This document shows, one piece after another, positions 27,001-36,223 of a DNA stretch of 64,000 bases. The notes under the pieces are model-generated. The model did not search any database. It was not told where the DNA came from and worked only from the letters and a program-made list of their open reading frames with translations. Made by a program: the position numbers and the translations under genes. Positions within the stretch are counted from its first letter, which is position 1. Every line of letters starts with the position of its first letter. Source of the stretch: Mytilus californianus (taxonomy: Eukaryota); NCBI RefSeq assembly GCF_021869535.1, contig NW_026262745.1, positions 40,982,001 to 41,046,000 of the forward strand, read 5' to 3'.

Positions 27001-29036
27001 CAGAAATTATCAGAAAGTTTAAATTCATACGCATAATATTTAAAAAGCGAGTCGGAAGATACCAAAGGGACATTCAAACTCATCAGTCGGAAACAAACTG
27101 ACAACAGCATGGCAAAAAAACGAAAAAAAAAGACAACAAGACAAACAACAGTACACAAAACACAACATAGAAAATTCAAGACAAAAAAACACGAACCCCA
27201 TCAAAAACCGGATTAAGGTGGCCATTACAGGTTGTTTTTATACTTCTGAACCATCGAGACCTTCAGAATTTCTGTACTAGAAAAGTCACCTGTATAACGA
27301 ATCATGTAAACTACCTAAATCTATGGTAGATTGTTATGAATAAAAGGAGACGGGAGTAGAAGTCAGTGAGACAGCAACAACAAAAAAAGAAAGATCTGAA
27401 GGTCATCATAGTACGGTTTTCAACAATACACACGTGTCTGTTCAATGAATATAAAACTAAGATGTGGTATGATTGCAAGATACTAACTAAAGGACGAGAA
27501 TGTGAACAACTATAGGACACCGTCTGTCGTTCAACAATGAGTAAAACCCATATCATATAGTAAGCTCTAAAATTCATAGGCATTTTAAAATGTGAATCAG
27601 TTCATAAAAGAAAATCAACGACATGGTTTATGATAAAAACAAGAAACAAAAATAGATAAGGTCGACAGCAACCAACGACTCCCACTGGATTACAGACTTC
27701 TTCAGGACAGGCACATAAACAACATAGGGGTTTAAAATACTTGTGCTTCATCTTCCCCTAACATTTGACAGTGGAGTAAAACACAATATAAAAATGAATT
27801 GGAAAAGATCGATCGGAAATATGTATGTAAATTGAAAATATTTGAAACTTTTCTTTAAAATTAAATAAAGATGGATTAGTATATCTCTACAAATGTAAGT
27901 ACATTTTGTAGGTACTAACAACTCATTATTTATTTTTTGTCGACTAAAGTATTTAAAACAATAATTGTGCATAAAATAAGGAAGAATATAAAGGGAAAAA
28001 AACTTTGGAAATTTGAGTAAATGTTAAATTCAAATCTTCTAGTAAATGCCCGAATAGTTATATGGCCTAATTAGTATTTAATTGATTAGTGGAAGGGTAT
28101 TGTTTTAATTTGGAACATTTCCATTTTACTATTGTCTTGTTGACTAGTGTTTCATTCTATTACCCCGAGTGCACATGATGAAATGTGATTGTATAATATA
28201 TTAACAGAAGAATGTAGTATAAGTCAATGAGACAGCACCCAAACGACAAGAACATACCAATATACATTTGTACATCTGGAGGTCAATATGGTCTTCAATA
28301 ACAAAATGGTTTCTGACCATTGAATTGCAATGATGATATAACTCACATTTAAAAGAAATCTTAAGACATTTCGATATGTGGTTGGAATTCATTTATTTCA
28401 AGCGTAAAAAAGATGCCTTTTAATGAATTTGTCACAATAGTGTCGAATATAGAATTGGAAACAAGTCAACAGATTTTATCATTAAAACCTACAATATCAT
28501 CAGTTAACTGTGGAATTAAAAAAAAACATCTGATATAAACAATCCACTTGATAGTCAGAGTTAAAACTGGAAAATATATTTATTTGAATGTGTCATATGT
28601 TAAATCATGAATGCCCCTCATTTGCTATTGAGTCATCGGTTTCTATTTTACTTTTAAAAAAATCAGGAACATTCGTTTTTAATACAACATACTAGTTCAG
28701 TTGTTTTTACATAAGGAAATGCCTGTACCAAGTCAGGAATATGACAGTTGTTTTTCACTCATTCGATGTGTTTGAACTTTTGATTTTGCCATTTGATAAG
28801 GGACTTTCCGTTTTGAATTTTCCTTGGAGTTCGGTATTTTAGTTATTTTACTTTTTGTAACATGTAAATGAATGGTTCAGTATAAGTTTATTATTTAAAT
28901 GTAGATGTATGAAAACAAGAACGATCATTTTGAAATTAATAAACATCAAAATCTGACTAACCTTTGAAGATGTTGAAAGCTTGGACAGCCTACTGTTATC
29001 ATGTAGAAGTAAAAAATTATGTTTTGATTCTGCCAT
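17845..29036 (-). CDS. Spliced gene for an uncharacterised coiled-coil protein, 10 coding exons, 1677 nt = 558 aa plus stop
   Basis: Exons 29036-28962, 26314-26186, 25254-25123, 24191-24070, 21610-21353, 20925-20863, 20533-20393, 19698-19429, 18810-18577, 18097-17845. All have GT..AG introns with matching phases (0,0,0,2,2,2,2,2,2) and no internal stop. K/E/Q/L-rich heptad-like segments; family not recognised. The first exon is the least certain. Confidence 0.85.
18160..18280 (-). repeat. Family A hammerhead repeat (intronic)
   Basis: HHR at 18196-18239 on minus: CTGATGA gtct-tttgt-agac AAAAC gcgt GTC tggcgt (G12 mutated). Confidence 0.8.
18577..18810 (-). CDS. Coding exon (IIKEKESEIHQLR...IQQYKR)
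   Basis: tctttcag| ... AG|gtatgt, 234 nt, phase 2/2. Confidence 0.9.
18939..19142 (+). mobile_element. Solo Penelope-like 3'-end element
   Basis: tgtcacatgtgtagcaggat...cctgagatc...tgtcatcgacttatgagttt, homologous to 9330-9530. Confidence 0.65.
19429..19698 (-). CDS. Coding exon (TLKEKDLLEQM...DRNDSLQS)
   Basis: tatttcag| ... |gtatgt, 270 nt, phase 2/2; lies within ORF-track 19338..19784. Confidence 0.9.
20393..20533 (-). CDS. Coding exon (IKGTQPISSRAKD...QVSLEK)
   Basis: tcttttaaag| ... |gtaagt, 141 nt, phase 2/2. Confidence 0.88.
20863..20925 (-). CDS. Coding exon (LSDENQVLRKSMQDLRKDHDR)
   Basis: tttacatag| ... AG|gtagga, 63 nt, phase 2/2. Confidence 0.88.
21042..21180 (-). repeat. Family A hammerhead repeat (intronic)
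   Basis: HHR at 21076-21119 on minus: GTGATGA gtct-tttgt-agag GAAAC gagc GTC tggcgt (C3 mutated). Confidence 0.8.
21353..21610 (-). CDS. Coding exon (RYAATVHIEDV...HTEIMR)
   Basis: ttcttttag| ... AG|gtaact, 258 nt, phase 2/2. Confidence 0.9.
22180..22840 (-). mobile_element. Penelope-like 3'-end element split by a SINE-like insertion
   Basis: 22180-22429 and 22795-22840 rejoin to gatgtcacaatcgaggaaaagaggacggga (compare 56313-56345). Confidence 0.65.
22430..22789 (+). mobile_element. SINE-like repeat (family 1b) with 5-bp TSD
   Basis: ATGTC at 22425-22429 and 22790-22794; carries the conserved domain ...cctgtcctaagtcagga. Confidence 0.8.
24070..24191 (-). CDS. Coding exon (SPSGKPQPLLD...TKPPA)
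   Basis: tttttgtag| ... |gtaagt, 122 nt, phase 0/2. Confidence 0.9.
24471..24680 (-). mobile_element. Solo Penelope-like 3'-end element
   Basis: gaagataccaag...acgacaccatgg...acaaccccactaaaaccggg...ctcaggacggg. Confidence 0.6.
25123..25254 (-). CDS. Coding exon (IQNDEGSALEVK...KKEFLS)
   Basis: ttttgcag| ... |gtaagt, 132 nt, phase 0/0. Confidence 0.9.
26186..26314 (-). CDS. Coding exon (MANYKSKVQQLQ...QEAVDK)
   Basis: Acceptor ttgttttag|ATG, donor AAG|gtttga, 129 nt, phase 0/0. Confidence 0.85.
26529..26550 (+). promoter_or_regulatory. IRF-E/ISRE-like motif, triple GAAA
   Basis: aaccGAAAaccGAAAagtGAAA matches the IRF consensus G(A)AAASYGAAA twice; function untested. Confidence 0.35.
27042..27211 (-). 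mobile_element. Solo Penelope-like 3'-end element
   Basis: ggaagataccaaagggacattcaaactcatcagtcg...acacgaaccccatcaaaaaccgg. Confidence 0.75.
28717..28856 (+). mobile_element. SINE-like repeat (family 2), 5'-truncated, in intron 1
   Basis: Near-identical to 10056-10196. Confidence 0.8.
28962..29036 (-). CDS. Candidate first coding exon (MAESKHNFLLLHDNSRLSKLSTSSK)
   Basis: caaaATGG start context, donor AAG|GTTAGT, phase 0. Confidence 0.55.
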
Positions 29037-31291
29037 TTTGAATTAATTTCTTCTTTTTTTTTTTATATTCACAATAATAAATCACTTATATTCACTCTGA
29101 CACTGTTTCAACTAGTAACATAAAGAAGTTACACATATGTTTATAGTTGCTTTTGTTAACCTTTAATCAACGGCGAGCGAACAAAAAGTCTAGCCAAGCA
29201 GTAAAAGTTGAAATTGGAGGATTTTGTTTCTTTTGTTTAGAATATAACCACAGACAATGTATATGTCACTTTACTAACCATTACACTTACAAGGTTTGTG
29301 ACCTTTGTACTTGTATAGATTAAAAGCCAGAACAGAAAACGCATTTTGTGCCTGTTCGTTGGTTATACAATAAATTATATCATTCATTTGTTAATTCAAA
29401 ACTATTTTGTACTTTCATTTTTAGTGTAAACGCAATTACTAATTAGTTGATTTTAAATTAAAAAAAATAGACTTCATATTCAGTCTTAAGTGATACACGT
29501 AAAGCCAAATTATACTATCACCTATTTGAAAGTTAAATCACTAATTATGCAATAAAAATGTATGTAAAAATCTGTGAAACAATAGGCTAATATAGGAACA
29601 GTGTTTCTTTTTTTAAATTACAAATGAAGAGGAAGTTAAAGGTCCAAGGATATTTGAACGCGTTGCCAATCAACTTATCTTCTTAAAAGATATATAGACC
29701 TATGGGCAACGCATACAATTATTGCTTAGTTATCACTATAGTTTTCAATATTGTTAACACAAGCATCACAAATATCCTGTTCAGGAAGTAAAATATTTTA
29801 ACTCTTATTTCTATCAAATTTATCAAACAATTAAAAACGTTAATTTCTTCTAATAAATGACATAGGAAAAGTACAGAAACATCGTTTAACGCCATTTTAG
29901 TTTTTCAAATGTTTGCATCTCAAACACAAGAACATCAACTAGCGCATATTGTCCATTTTTTTTACATATTATACAATCTCTTATGAAAAAAATGGTAGTG
30001 GTATGACGTAAATACTACACGGAATTTCTTCAGAATGAAATTATGCATTCTTCTACATTAAGTCTATGAGTTCCATGGAATCAATAGTAAAATCAATACC
30101 ACATCTCAGCTTAAGGCCTTATCTGAACATTTGAAGGTCTTTATTGTGTATTGGCTACCTAAACTACACAATAAAACAGTCAACTATAGTTTCGTCTCGT
30201 CTTTTAGTAAGTGTTTTACAGATTATCTTTCTGAGCTGTTAACTTATTAAAAACGTGTAACTAATTTTTGTAATAAAGAATATGCAAAAAAGGGCAATAA
30301 TTATTTTGAATAGTTGAAAATTCTTTGGATGTTTTGAATAAATCACGAGCCTTTGATGGTCCGTTCGATTGGGTTGATAGTTAAGACTTTTCAATTCTAC
30401 TCTACACTTCCACACAATCTTTTACTGACTTAACAGTATGGGTTTTGCTCATTGCTAAAGACCGCACGGTGGTCTATAACCTATTTTATTTGCTAATTGA
30501 AAATTAAGCTGAATAAAATAATTTAAGACAGCAGAGAAGATAATTCTGTTTAATTGGTTATTACTAAGACTTAAATAAAGAGTGAGCTATTTATACTGTA
30601 AATTTATGATGTCTCTAGTCTGGTCAAAGGGTCAGAGTGTCCTACTTAATTAAACGATAAATTGTTGAAATTAGATAACATGTTTTCATGTGCAGAGAAA
30701 TTTCACTTATGACCAGTGCATAATTGGATTTCATCTTTCTTATTGGTCAATGATCTTGCGGGGTCAGCAAGAGTTCACGTGTAAGTGCATTGTGGTCACT
30801 TCCTTTTATCATCAGCATTTGTTGTGTTAACTTGTGATTCTTATCAAACAATTTTTTTTTAAATTCCCACCCGCATACCTCCCTTAATGTTATCTTTTGA
30901 AGTTGATATGTATATATATTTATTTTATGGGGCAGATTTTTCTCCCCACCTTTGCTATTCTTTGTCATTTATTCAATTGATATGATATTAGTTGATGTAA
31001 TTTCGTATTAATTATGTATTATTATTTCATATTATATATGAACTTTTATGTCAAATGTTTTACTTGCAAAATGTATTTTTTTGCATTTTATGATTTTGAA
31101 TACTGAATGACCTTTTTTCGGCAGTTTAGTTTTTATATCAAATAGCAAATCAAGCTCACTCTGGCCTGTGTATACATGTGCATGGTATGTTTATGGTATC
31201 TAGCTGTCTGTCTTAAATATATTTGCTTACATCCACGTCATATTGACTGGTTGAAGGTTTTCTCATTGGCAATCATACCACATCTCCATAT

Positions 31292-31886
31292 TGTCCTCCG
31301 CGCGAGGAGTTGCGGGGGGACATAGACATACCGTCCGTCCGGTCTTCTTAGCGCTCTCAAGTGTACAATTCTTGCCGGATTATCATAAAACTTAAATCGT
31401 TGGTTTATTTTCAGCAAGGTCTCGTACAAGTTTGAAAATCAGTGTCGATCAACTGTTTTAAAAGTGTTATTCACCATGTAAATATTATTTATATGGAAAA
31501 TTGCATAATCAGCGCTGTCAAATGTACTATTCTTTTCAGATTTTTATGAAACTTATATCATTGGTTCGTATCAGCAATGTCTCGGACAAGTTTGAAATTT
31601 AGTGTTGATCAGTTATTTTTAAAAGAGTTATGAGTTTTTATCAAATTTATATCAAACGTTTATTTCAGCAACGTCTCGTAAAATTCCGAAAATCTGTGCC
31701 GCGGATCAAATATCTTTAAAAGAATTATGCGTCTTGGATAAAATATTTATATCTGAAATTGCATTGCATTTGCTCTCAAGTCTTCATTTATCTAAGATAT
31801 TTATGAAAAGTTTTAAAGAACACAAAGGTGTTTTTTTTTCATTTATTGCTCTTGGACAGATAAAATATGTGCAACGCGGGGGGCAT
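31292..31886 (+). mobile_element. HINE/Helentron-like non-autonomous element with internal tandem repeats
   Basis: 5' inverted repeat tgtcctccgc / gcggggggaca, then a ccgtccgtcc microsatellite, about 2.5 units of about 165 bp (cagcaaggtctcgtacaag / cagcaatgtctcggacaag / cagcaacgtctcgtaaaa), and a 3' gcggggggcat followed by a T-rich tract. Confidence 0.7.
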
Positions 31887-32783
31887 TAGAACTCTTTTCT
31901 CTTATTTTTATATTACTTTTTTGAAAATGTAGCTATTTTTGTATTTTCAATTTCAGCATCGGAGATCCTTGAGGCATATTTATGACTATATGTCTATAGA
32001 GTAAGGATCTGATAATGTAACAGTTTGAATACGTATATATATTACACACTTTACAAAAAGACTGAGTCTAAATATATATTTAGAATGCATCGTTATACAA
32101 ATAAGGTTAGAAGGTTTGATTGCCAATGAGACAGCTATCCATCAGATAAGAAATAAAGTGGAAGGAAACAACTATAGGTTGCCTTTTTTCAAATCAAAGT
32201 TTACCTTCGTTGTTGTCTCATACTATGAATAAACGGAAATGTGCATGGAATATAAATGAATGAAACAGCAATCCAACGACACAAATGTATACTCTGATAG
32301 CATCAGTGTATCTTATTTCTTAGATGAATCAACTTAGAAACCATACAAGAGGAGTAAGAAGTGTAATGTATATCTTTATCCTTGGTAAAAACCCCTTGAA
32401 ACAAATAAAAATAGAAAAGACATCATAGACATAACGGATCTCCTGTTCTTGGCGATCAAAAACTGGTATAAAATCTTATTCCAGTCATAATAAATTAATA
32501 CAATACTTGAACTTGAGTGTATTCCAATATTAATTTTGGTCTTAATGATCTAATCGCTTGAAGCGAAGTATATGTAAAGTATGTACTTTGATGAGTTAAG
32601 TCTTTTTCAACTCCTTTTACAGATTGATTTTGTGTTGTGCTGTTAAATCACTTTGGATGTTTGGGTGTGGGGTGATCGTTGGTTTCCTCATTTGAATCAT
32701 GTTTTTTACAAGTACAGCTAGGAGATCCGATGGAACAATATACCATCCGCCTGTGATTTTTTTATTATTATTATTTTTTTTTT

Positions 32784-32807
32784 GGGGGGGGGGTGGGGGG
32801 TGGGGGG
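32784..32807 (+). repeat. G-run tract (G10-T-G6-T-G6), potential G-quadruplex
   Basis: Seen directly, about 115 bp left of the Ngaro end. Confidence 0.6.
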
Positions 32808-32921
32808 TACGGTGTTGTTACTTTGTAACTGTTGCTTCGTTTATGTAAACCTTAACTTTATATCTCTTCAATTTTAATGTATATCCCTGATTAACAAACT
32901 TTGTCTTGAACTTCAATGAAT

Positions 32922-33193
32922 TAAATGGTAGATTATAGAATTGTATAATCATGGTTTATAGACGAGTTGATTATTCCCAGCTGTTAAATGGTGCTGATGA
33001 CTTTTCTTAACCCGTTTCTGCATAACCCGTTACTCGACATTAAATATCGGTTAAGAGGTCACAAAACATATAGGTTAGATAAAGTTGCGTGCTTGCAGTT
33101 TAATAAGAAATGTGTCACGTGAAATACAAGTTGAATCACAGTCTTAGTAATTGCTCCTCGTGGCAACAGCTTTTAAAACTTATTCTCAAAACA
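32922..33193 (+). repeat. Ngaro direct repeat A1 (272 bp)
   Basis: taaatggtagattatag...tattctcaaaaca recurs at 38460-38731 (offset 5538); no mismatch seen by eye. Confidence 0.95.
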
Positions 33194-33214
33194 CTGTTTA
33201 CAAAGATATAAGTT

Positions 33215-34591
33215 ATGCCTCCAAGTAAAAAACGGTTTCCGACGAAACGGAAATCCCGTTTCCAGCCATATAGTACTGAAACTGTTGTTACAAAAACTAA
33301 TTCTGAGAGAACAAAAACCGAAATGGTGGACGAACTGTCTAAAATTGGTTTCAAAGTGCCTACAAATCTGACTTTAAACGTTGTTAAAACTCTGTATACA
33401 GAAAACATTGGTAACAAAAACAGTGATGCTCGCGTAGAAGCCATCGATAATATTTTAAGTGCAACAGACAGTTTTCCATCTGATACGCAAACTGCTTCAA
33501 CAGAGACTCAAAACCGTGAAAGCATTGACATTACTTCTTCTGCTACGGAAAATGTTAACACAAATATATTGGTGGCTGCTTTTAACACTATGTCACAATG
33601 CGTGAACGGCCTTCAGAAATCTGTCGATACCCTGATGACAGAGAAGCTGTATGATACTAGCAAACCGTATAATCTACATCAATGGTACAATTCCAGTAAT
33701 ACCGCACCGTCGATACAAAACACACCGGATGCGTTAGTTCATGGATTAAATAGAACAGGAGTTCGTTCTGACGATTTTCCCAATGTCGACATAGTTTCTA
33801 CAGCATTACAGAAACAAATAATACAGGGTAAGGACATTAACTTAGCTTCTCTCCTTATTCCTAGTTTCGAGAGTCCCCAGTCACATACCATTTTGGCAGA
33901 CGGTATGGAAATTAATGTAGGGAATAAGCCAGACCCGCGTTTAAATCGACAACTAACCATCCAGGAATTCATAAAGGCCTTCGGAAAATTCAAGCGTGTA
34001 ATGACATCTGCTTTTCCAGGTAGGAGATTTGAATTAGACGCCTACGAGGAGGATATCATAGAGATCAGTAATTTTTACGGTCAGAAGTTCTACGACTACC
34101 ATAAATTGTTTTCAGCAAAAGCCTCGACCCTTCTTCAAGAGAAACAAATTAAAGTCGATTGGAGCAAAAGGGATCGCGACCTGATGATCTTGATAGGTGC
34201 GGGCGTTGAAATAAATATTTGCAAACTTTGTCACATGGTTGACCATGACACAAAATTCTGTCCATTGCAATTATCAGAGAAAAACGTATCTACCCCACAT
34301 CTAACGAAAAATAGCGGTAATTCTGATATTCGTGGTAGGAAGCGTTTTTATCACAACGGAAAAGAAATTTGCAATAATTTCAATAGCATGTCTGGCTGTA
34401 ATAAAGACGGTCGATGCCTTTTCTTACACATGTGCTCCAATTGTCGTAACTATGATCATAGCGTAACCGCCTGTCATCGTCAATCTTCGCATAACGATAG
34501 CGAAAAAAATAGAAAGAACCACGCTTTTAAAAACACTGTTGCTAAGACTGGTACTCCTGCATCAAAGCACAGCTTCGGTTCCGAAAAATGA
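33215..34591 (+). CDS. gag: Ngaro ORF1, Gag-like protein (458 aa)
   Basis: ATG-started ORF right after A1. C-terminal Cys/His clusters CKLCHMVDHDTKFC and CNNFNSMSGCNKDGRCLFLHMCSNCRNYDHSVTAC are typical of DIRS/Ngaro ORF1. The N-terminal ELSKIGFKVP...KTLY resembles a LEM/HeH-like motif (inference). Confidence 0.9.
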   Translation: MPPSKKRFPTKRKSRFQPYSTETVVTKTNSERTKTEMVDELSKIGFKVPTNLTLNVVKTLYTENIGNKNSDARVEAIDNILSATDSFPSDTQTASTETQNRESIDITSSATENVNTNILVAAFNTMSQCVNGLQKSVDTLMTEKLYDTSKPYNLHQWYNSSNTAPSIQNTPDALVHGLNRTGVRSDDFPNVDIVSTALQKQIIQGKDINLASLLIPSFESPQSHTILADGMEINVGNKPDPRLNRQLTIQEFIKAFGKFKRVMTSAFPGRRFELDAYEEDIIEISNFYGQKFYDYHKLFSAKASTLLQEKQIKVDWSKRDRDLMILIGAGVEINICKLCHMVDHDTKFCPLQLSEKNVSTPHLTKNSGNSDIRGRKRFYHNGKEICNNFNSMSGCNKDGRCLFLHMCSNCRNYDHSVTACHRQSSHNDSEKNRKNHAFKNTVAKTGTPASKHSFGSEK

Positions 34592-36223
34592 CTATCAAAT
34601 GTTAACTTCCCCCTACATGCTACTACTCCGATTAACGTAGAAGTATTACAAAATGAACTTAGAAATCACAGTGACAAATCTTTTGTATTTTATTTATGCA
34701 ATGGTTTAAAATATGGTTTTGACACTAAAGTTTCTGTGACTAGTTTACCAACCCTTGAATGTCGTAATAATTTGTCTGCACGATCACAACCGAACGTAGT
34801 AAATGAATTGTTAAGGAAGGAGTGTGAAAATGGTTTTATGTACGGGCCTTTTGATACACTTCCATTTTCAAGTTACCGTGTCAGTCCGTTGGGAGTTGCG
34901 GAAGGAAAATATTCAAAGAAAAAACGACTTATATTGGATTTATCGGCACCTCATCAAAGTGATACTCATTTTAGCATCAATGAATTAATTGACAAAGACA
35001 TCTGCTCTATGTCATACGTTAAGATCGACAACGCTATAGATATTATCCTGAAATACGGAAAAAATTCCTGGTTATGTAAGTACGACATTTCCAATGCATT
35101 CAAAAATTGTCCTATTTTACCTTCACAATGGCCTTTGTTTTGCATTAAATGGGAGGAAAAATATTATTTCTATGTGCGATTAACTTTCGGTTGCCGATCT
35201 AGTCCCATTATATTCGATACTTTGTCACAAGCAATATGTTATATTGCCACAAACAATTACAAGGTCAATAACATTTTACACCTGTTAGACGATTTCTTAA
35301 CTATAGATCCGCCACACGCTGACGGAGAGCGATCAATGGCATTAATGATGATGATTTTTAAACGCTTAAATGTTCCAATAGCGATGCACAAAACTGTTGG
35401 CCCTGTAACGTGTCTTGAATATCTTGGCATCATTCTCGATTCACAAAAAATGGAAGCCCGTTTACCGCAGGAAAAAGTTGATCGAATTTGTGAGTTTATT
35501 TCAAGTATAAGTGTCAAATCCTCTTGTTCTAAGAGAGAAGTTCTACAGCTGCTTGGGCATTTAAATTTTGCCTCAAGAGTTATATTACCGGGCAGGTCAT
35601 TTGTGTCTTATCTAATCAATTTATCAACCAAAGCAAAAGAATTACATCATTATGTGCGTTTAAATAAAGAATGTCGGATAGATCTTGAATTTTGGTTTCG
35701 ATTTCTAAAGAATTGGAATGGAATTAATATGTTTTATAATTCTTCATATATATCTAATTACGATATGGAATTATTCACAGATGCATCGTCAACTATAGGT
35801 TTTGGTGGATATTTTGGTGGAAAGTGGTTTTATTCTTCATGGCCGACCGAAATAAAAAACATCACAAACAGTAAACATTCAATGGCATTTCTTGAATTGT
35901 ACCCAATCGTTGTGGCAGCTGTTTTATGGGGCGCCTCATGGAAAACAAAAAAAGTGTTATTTTGGTCTGATAATATGTCTACAGTCGAGATTATAAGGAA
36001 AGGCAGATCAAAATGTTTGTATATTATGAAGTTAATGAGAAAATTAACATGGTGCGCGTGTACAAACAACTTCTTTTTTAGTGCAAAACACGTGCCAGGT
36101 TTACAAAACGATATAAGTGATGCCTTATCTCGATTTCAGATACAACGATTCAGAGCCCTGGCACCAGATGCAGACCCCTTTCCGGAACCGTGTCCCAAAA
36201 TCTCAGATGTAATATGGTGTTAA
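34592..36223 (+). CDS. pol: Ngaro ORF2, reverse transcriptase plus RNase H (open from the gag stop, no upstream ATG)
   Basis: The frame is open from 34592 (LSNVNFPLHATTPINVEVLQNEL...NGLKYGFD). RT motifs: RLILDLS, KYDISNAFK, LTFGCRSSP, HLLDDFL. RNase H motifs: LFTDAS, FLELYPI, FWSDNMSTV, HVPGLQNDISDALSR. The ORF-track start at 34736 is a GTG; the first in-frame ATG is 34838. Confidence 0.93.
   Translation, partial: LSNVNFPLHATTPINVEVLQNELRNHSDKSFVFYLCNGLKYGFDTKVSVTSLPTLECRNNLSARSQPNVVNELLRKECENGFMYGPFDTLPFSSYRVSPLGVAEGKYSKKKRLILDLSAPHQSDTHFSINELIDKDICSMSYVKIDNAIDIILKYGKNSWLCKYDISNAFKNCPILPSQWPLFCIKWEEKYYFYVRLTFGCRSSPIIFDTLSQAICYIATNNYKVNNILHLLDDFLTIDPPHADGERSMALMMMIFKRLNVPIAMHKTVGPVTCLEYLGIILDSQKMEARLPQEKVDRICEFISSISVKSSCSKREVLQLLGHLNFASRVILPGRSFVSYLINLSTKAKELHHYVRLNKECRIDLEFWFRFLKNWNGINMFYNSSYISNYDMELFTDASSTIGFGGYFGGKWFYSSWPTEIKNITNSKHSMAFLELYPIVVAAVLWGASWKTKKVLFWSDNMSTVEIIRKGRSKCLYIMKLMRKLTWCACTNNFFFSAKHVPGLQNDISDALSRFQIQRFRALAPDADPFPEPCPKISDVIWC

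Noticed and set aside
27215-27295. Possible extra exon of the coiled-coil gene
   Set aside because: All phase-0 readings hit a stop or need a weak donor.
32995-33030. CTGATGA in Ngaro repeat A as a hammerhead
   Set aside because: No stem II followed by GAAA and no helix III or cleavage triplet.
34588-34605. ATG overlapping the gag stop (AUGA) as a pol reinitiation start
   Set aside because: It is out of frame with pol and gives only MTIKC-stop.
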